Assembly: GCA_000708835.1 (NCBI GenBank)
Contig: DF237144.1
Span: 85,669-149,668 of the forward strand
Source of the DNA: Klebsormidium nitens
Taxonomy: Eukaryota; Plantae; Klebsormidiophyceae
Direction of reading: 5' to 3'
DNA length: 64,000 bases
In this document: positions 60,001 through 64,000 of the stretch, piece after piece
Layout of the letters: each line of letters starts with the position of its first letter
Numbering within the stretch: the first letter of the stretch is position 1
The notes under the pieces: model-generated
The model's input: only the letters and a program-made list of their open reading frames with translations
The model's database searches: none
Told to the model about the DNA's origin: nothing
Position numbers and translations under genes: made by a program

Positions 60001-61346
60001 ATTATGTTCATTGGCATGTGTCTTTCCGCTGCGGCTATGGGCATGAAAGAAGAAAGAAAGCAAATCGAAGCTTTGCCACTTATTGGCAACTGATTAAGAC
60101 CAAATTGACGAGCTCCAAACAATGTTCTTAGTTTCAAAAGCTGAAGTATGTGGCATTGTATCAGTGTCAGAAAACGTTTTCCAACACAAGGCTCGCAATC
60201 AGAAGGTTTGCGAGCAAACAGAGGTCCTTTTGTGTGGTTCAAACATTGCGGAAGCAAAAGCGGTGTAAGGACAAGAGCTTGAGGTATCAACCGACAAATC
60301 CTGAGATGGATGTGAGAAGGCAGGCTTGGCGGCGGAGATCAGAAGCAAAGCAGTGACGCAAGGCTAGAATTGTGAGGAACTGTTAGCTGTCGAAGGTGGC
60401 GGACGAATCTCGTTAAGAAACTTTTGAACCCTAACCCTAGATCCTTAACCCCAATTCCAAAACGAAAGTCTCACCTGATTTCAAGCAGGTCCCGCTCGTC
60501 CTTAAACAGGAAGATGTCGTACACCGTCCGATCCGGTCGTGGCGTGTCCGAAACCTCGGACGCCGAGAAGTCGCACAACGCGTCCGAATCCCGCTCCACA
60601 GGCGGCAAATTCACGATCGGAATCTGCATTTTATCCATAGCGGATCGGCGGAACTCCGCATCCAACCGCCAGATGGCGAGCCAGTACTTATCGTTGATCG
60701 CTCGCAGCTTTTCGGCTTCGCCCTCCCCCCATTCCTTCTTGACCCCCCCGTTCTTGACAAAGTCTTTCCTCCCCTTTGTGGGCACCTCCGAGCTCAGGAA
60801 ATCTTCCTCGTCGAATGTTTCCAGGGGGGCGGGAACTTCCACCGTCCGAATCTCAACCTGTGCCGGCGTCCGGAACTCATCTGCAAGCGCCTTTCGCCCC
60901 CGCTGCGCCGTAGCCGCTAATGTTTCAATCGAATGCCCCGCCCGTTCGTAAACCTCGTGAGTTACGGTACTAACCCCGTGGGTCACCACGCTAACCTCGT
61001 GGGTTACCTCGCTGATCCCGCTCCTAAACATAACCACAAACAGGTAGACGAAGCACGTCGGAAGGAACAGTATGGGTACCCATCTCACCACCCCTCCGGA
61101 ACAGATCCCGCGTCTTGATCGCCGCTTTTTGCCCGCTTTCCGCTCACTCTTTTCCGCTATGTGTCCCCATCCGGGGAGAGAGGACTTCCCAGAAAAGCGT
61201 TTCCGTACAGAGTTCAAGATCGCAGCGCCAGTTTTGGTTTTCCTGATGGGCTCGGTAATCTGATCGGCTATGAAGAGGAAAAGAACCTGGAGCGCTCGGA
61301 GGTGGTTAAAGAGGGACATGTTAGGCCACCGGTTAGCCAAACCCAA
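57046..61346 (-). CDS. Glycosyltransferase family 17 (beta-1,4-N-acetylglucosaminyltransferase-like) type II membrane protein, about 541 aa
   Basis: Exons 61346-60475, 59962-59794, 58773-58521, 57377-57046; total 1626 nt, in frame. TM segment WVPILFLPTCFVYLFVVMF. GT17 motifs VYDIFLFKDERDLLEIRVHELQSVVDWFVIV, REAHMRN, ILYGDLDEMPS, GWHCSSC, EYSHAD, LPAYVVANAERFAYLMP. The start codon could be a nearby downstream ATG. Confidence 0.88.
59340..59584. mobile_element. Tourist-like (PIF/Harbinger) MITE related to 542-940, inside GT17 intron 2
   Basis: Imperfect TIRs (GGCCATTCGAAG...CCCGGTTCCGGTCC / GGACCGGAAACCGGG...CTTCGACCTGCC), flanked by TTA on both sides. Shares the ccgaccgaccc..gggggtggac.ggaaaccgg block with 561-604 in reverse orientation. 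Confidence 0.75.
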
Positions 61347-62950
61347 AACGACGAGCTAGTGGGCTATTGAGATTCTCCTCGCTCTGGGCGGAGTGAACGA
61401 GCTAGTTAATCCCTCCGATTCCCCAGCTCAGATGGCAGGAACCAGCTGCCAAGCCACTGTGAAAGCTTTGATAAGCTTGGCGGGCTACCGCAACAAGCTG
61501 CAATGAGGAGTAGATCGGGCCCAGCAAATTGCCCCCCTCAAACTCGATGAACAGCCCAGTTTGTTCAAAGCAACCGGCCAGTGGCTGAGATCAGCAGCGG
61601 CGTGTTCCTTGAGAGTGTAGCAAACTGCTGACTAGCCTACTGTGGCGGGACTGAAAGCTGCCAACAGGCCAGAACTAACCCAACCCGTTGCACTGTCAAT
61701 GTATTCTGCCGCTGGCCCTTCTTTCTACAATTCAAACTCCGATCAAACTTGCGAAGGAGCTATCAAAGCGCCTCCTTGGGATAGGTTGAAGGAACTATTA
61801 GCTATTCTAAACCCGGGCGGAGAAAGTCTGCCAGCCGCAATGCAGCGCTCATAGGAGAAAGTGGGCCCCTGGCAGTTGTAGGATTAGCAGTGCCACGATG
61901 CTGAGTTTGCAGACGAGATCCGGGGGCCAAATCGTTTGAGAACATCTGCACTTCTTTGACCCAACGAAGCTGACACAGAGAATCTTAGGCTTGCAAATTA
62001 TTTAGAGAGTGCCGCGCCTCCTCTGTGATACAACAAAGAAAACAAGAACTCAAAATTTCAAGGTGTGAGCATCATCCAATGCTCCCCACTTCTAAAAACC
62101 GAACTTTCCATGAGTATCGTAATATTCTGAAACTTGCCAATTGACAATGAGAAGGTAGCAATGTTGATAAACTACAACCGTACAAGCAGGAATGCTCCGG
62201 AAGAGCAAGCACCGTAGTCAGCAGTGGTTATGTAAATCTGATTGGTCTGCAGCCGCAGATCACGCAAGCCAGCTTTTCCTGTCAGATGCGACCGAGTGCA
62301 TGCAGATAGCGGAGAATCTCGCAATCCGCAATTCACGCGGTCAACGGTTTCCAAATTCCTAGTATATTACCGCGAAAGATCGCGGTTACCACCCTCGTTA
62401 CCAGGGTGGTTGCCGGTGTTAACTACCGTCACGGTATGAAGACCTCAGTGCACACCCACACCCCAACCTACCGCGGCGGCACGGTAACGGTCTGAGCCGG
62501 CAGTAAGCTGCCCAAAACAGACCTGTTCCACCTCAGTTCATGCCCGTTCTTCGTAGGCGACTCTTTAGCCCAGAAACACGGTAGCTGGTCGCTTGCCGAA
62601 ACTGTACTCAGCGACCATTGACGTGACAAACCGGGGGGCGATGTCGCTGCTCTCCCTGGTCCGAACACGCCGCGCAGGCCATCCGCTTTTGCCCGAAGTT
62701 TACGCAATCAGGGTTCAGTACCGCTGAACTTTAAATCCGGCGGTGCACATGCAGATTGGCAACGTATTACGTCACTCGGACGGATGCTACCGTCACAGCG
62801 CAGAAGGCGCGGCGCGCCCGCACTGAGGCAAAACTATCAAAGCATTCTCCTTTTGTTAGTGTCTCCGCCCCGCCAAATGGGTGTAAACACACGCAAAAAC
62901 CTGAAATCCTCAAAGTCGCGACTCTGACAGCGGTTACGGGCTGTGGTTAG

Positions 62951-62989
62951 GACGCTGACAGTGACGCTGACAGTGACGCTGACAGTGAC
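62951..62989. repeat. 12-bp tandem GACGCTGACAGT x3
   Basis: gacgctgacagt is repeated three times. Confidence 0.8.
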
Positions 62990-63435
62990 CGGGGCCTCAC
63001 TGTGACATTAGGGTTAGGTTGCAAACCTGTGACGGGTTCGTGGCAATCGACTAGCCTTTTGTTAGGGTTACGTCATTTCCCAGTGACATTAGGGTTCCTC
63101 ACTGACAGTGACAACCGGGCAGAGTCCTTTTGGTTTAGTGTAGGTAGCCACTTTCTCTGACCCGGTCCCCATCTGTACCGAGTCCGTACCGCATATTGTA
63201 CCGTAAAATCTGACAACTCTGACAAAGTTTTGATCGAAGGACCTGATCTGACATTTTATTCCACGCGGACACCTTGAGAGCCTATGATCCCGCGTGTGAA
63301 ATGTTTTCACACTTTTTGAAGCCTGAGACACTAACAAAAGGAGAATGCTTCGTCGTACTTGCCGCACTGAGACAACGTGCCCGGCCAGTCACGACGGTGT
63401 GACGTAACTCTGAGTCCGCTAGCTACCGTACTAAG

Positions 63436-63638
63436 ACTTGTCTCGATTTCATGTTGACTAAGGGCCATGTTGACTAAGGGGGGCGCCCGGGGGACGGGTG
63501 GGGTTGGTTTGGGGGTTAGGGTGGGTACGGGTGCGGAGCGTGTCAATTTTGGGTTTAGGTTTTTAGTTTGTTTTGGTCCCCGAGCACTGTCCTTAGTCAA
63601 CATGCTATTAGTTAGTCAACATGAAATCGAGAAGTATC
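63436..63638. mobile_element. Small foldback/MITE-like element
   Basis: Perfect 21-bp inverted repeat TCTCGATTTCATGTTGACTAA (63441-63461 / 63612-63632), a nested CATGTTGACTAAGG inverted pair, and TACTAAG direct repeats at 63429-63435 and 63639-63645. Confidence 0.55.
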
Positions 63639-64000
63639 TACTAAGGGACCGTTGCCAAACCGCGCGGTCACGCGGCCGCGCTTCTACTTCACCCGCCCGG
63701 CGCCCCGGAGGCCGCCCGCGCTCGCCGTTATAGGCCGCCCGCGGCCGCTTTGCCAGTGGCCGCCTGTGGCCGCCTGGCTTTAAAATTCTGCAATGGCCCC
63801 GCAGCCTGACTTATCGTACTTTACATCTGCACATGATGCAGGCTCGAGGCGCGCACGTACGTCAGTGTTCGCACGCAACTGGGAAATCTCGCAACGAGCT
63901 CGCAACGTCCAAGCAGGGATGTCATTGAACATTTAGTCCCCATTGAGTCTGTGAGTCACGTCCCAGTCACGTACACTGTGAGATGTGCTGCGGGGTGCTC

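Noticed and set aside
60425-60450. AACCCTAACCCTA and the TTAGGG words near 63010-63095 as interstitial telomere
   Set aside because: Only one or two units each; compatible with chance or telo-box-like motifs.

Overview
Eukaryotic, intron-rich genomic DNA with one assembly gap (N at 39290-39605). Intron style and gene content suggest a streptophyte alga such as Klebsormidium (inference). I built five spliced genes by hand from GT..AG boundaries, and each closes in frame. (1) + 2318-10528, 9 exons, 568 aa: secreted protein with a bacterial-type lamin-tail-like domain, Thr/Pro-rich stalks and three 6-Cys modules. (2) - 12522-24043, 14 exons, about 1250 aa: membrane-anchored GT4 + root-cap/VWD-like + GT4 fusion. 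(3) - 35663-42258, 5 exons, 519 aa: GT90/CAP10 glycosyltransferase. (4) + 43774-54145, 9 exons, 584 aa: CYP74 (allene oxide synthase-like). (5) - 57046-61346, 4 exons, about 541 aa: GT17. There is also a tRNA-Ile(AAT), two related Tourist/PIF-Harbinger MITEs and other repeats. The most striking signal occurs in all five genes. Many exon boundaries are flanked by polarised tandem 'echoes': acceptor+exon-start copies upstream, exon-end+donor copies downstream, and in one case copies of the stop-codon region. Units are mostly about 120-190 bp and generally decay with distance from the functional copy. Exon coordinates were read by hand; repeat boundaries are approximate.
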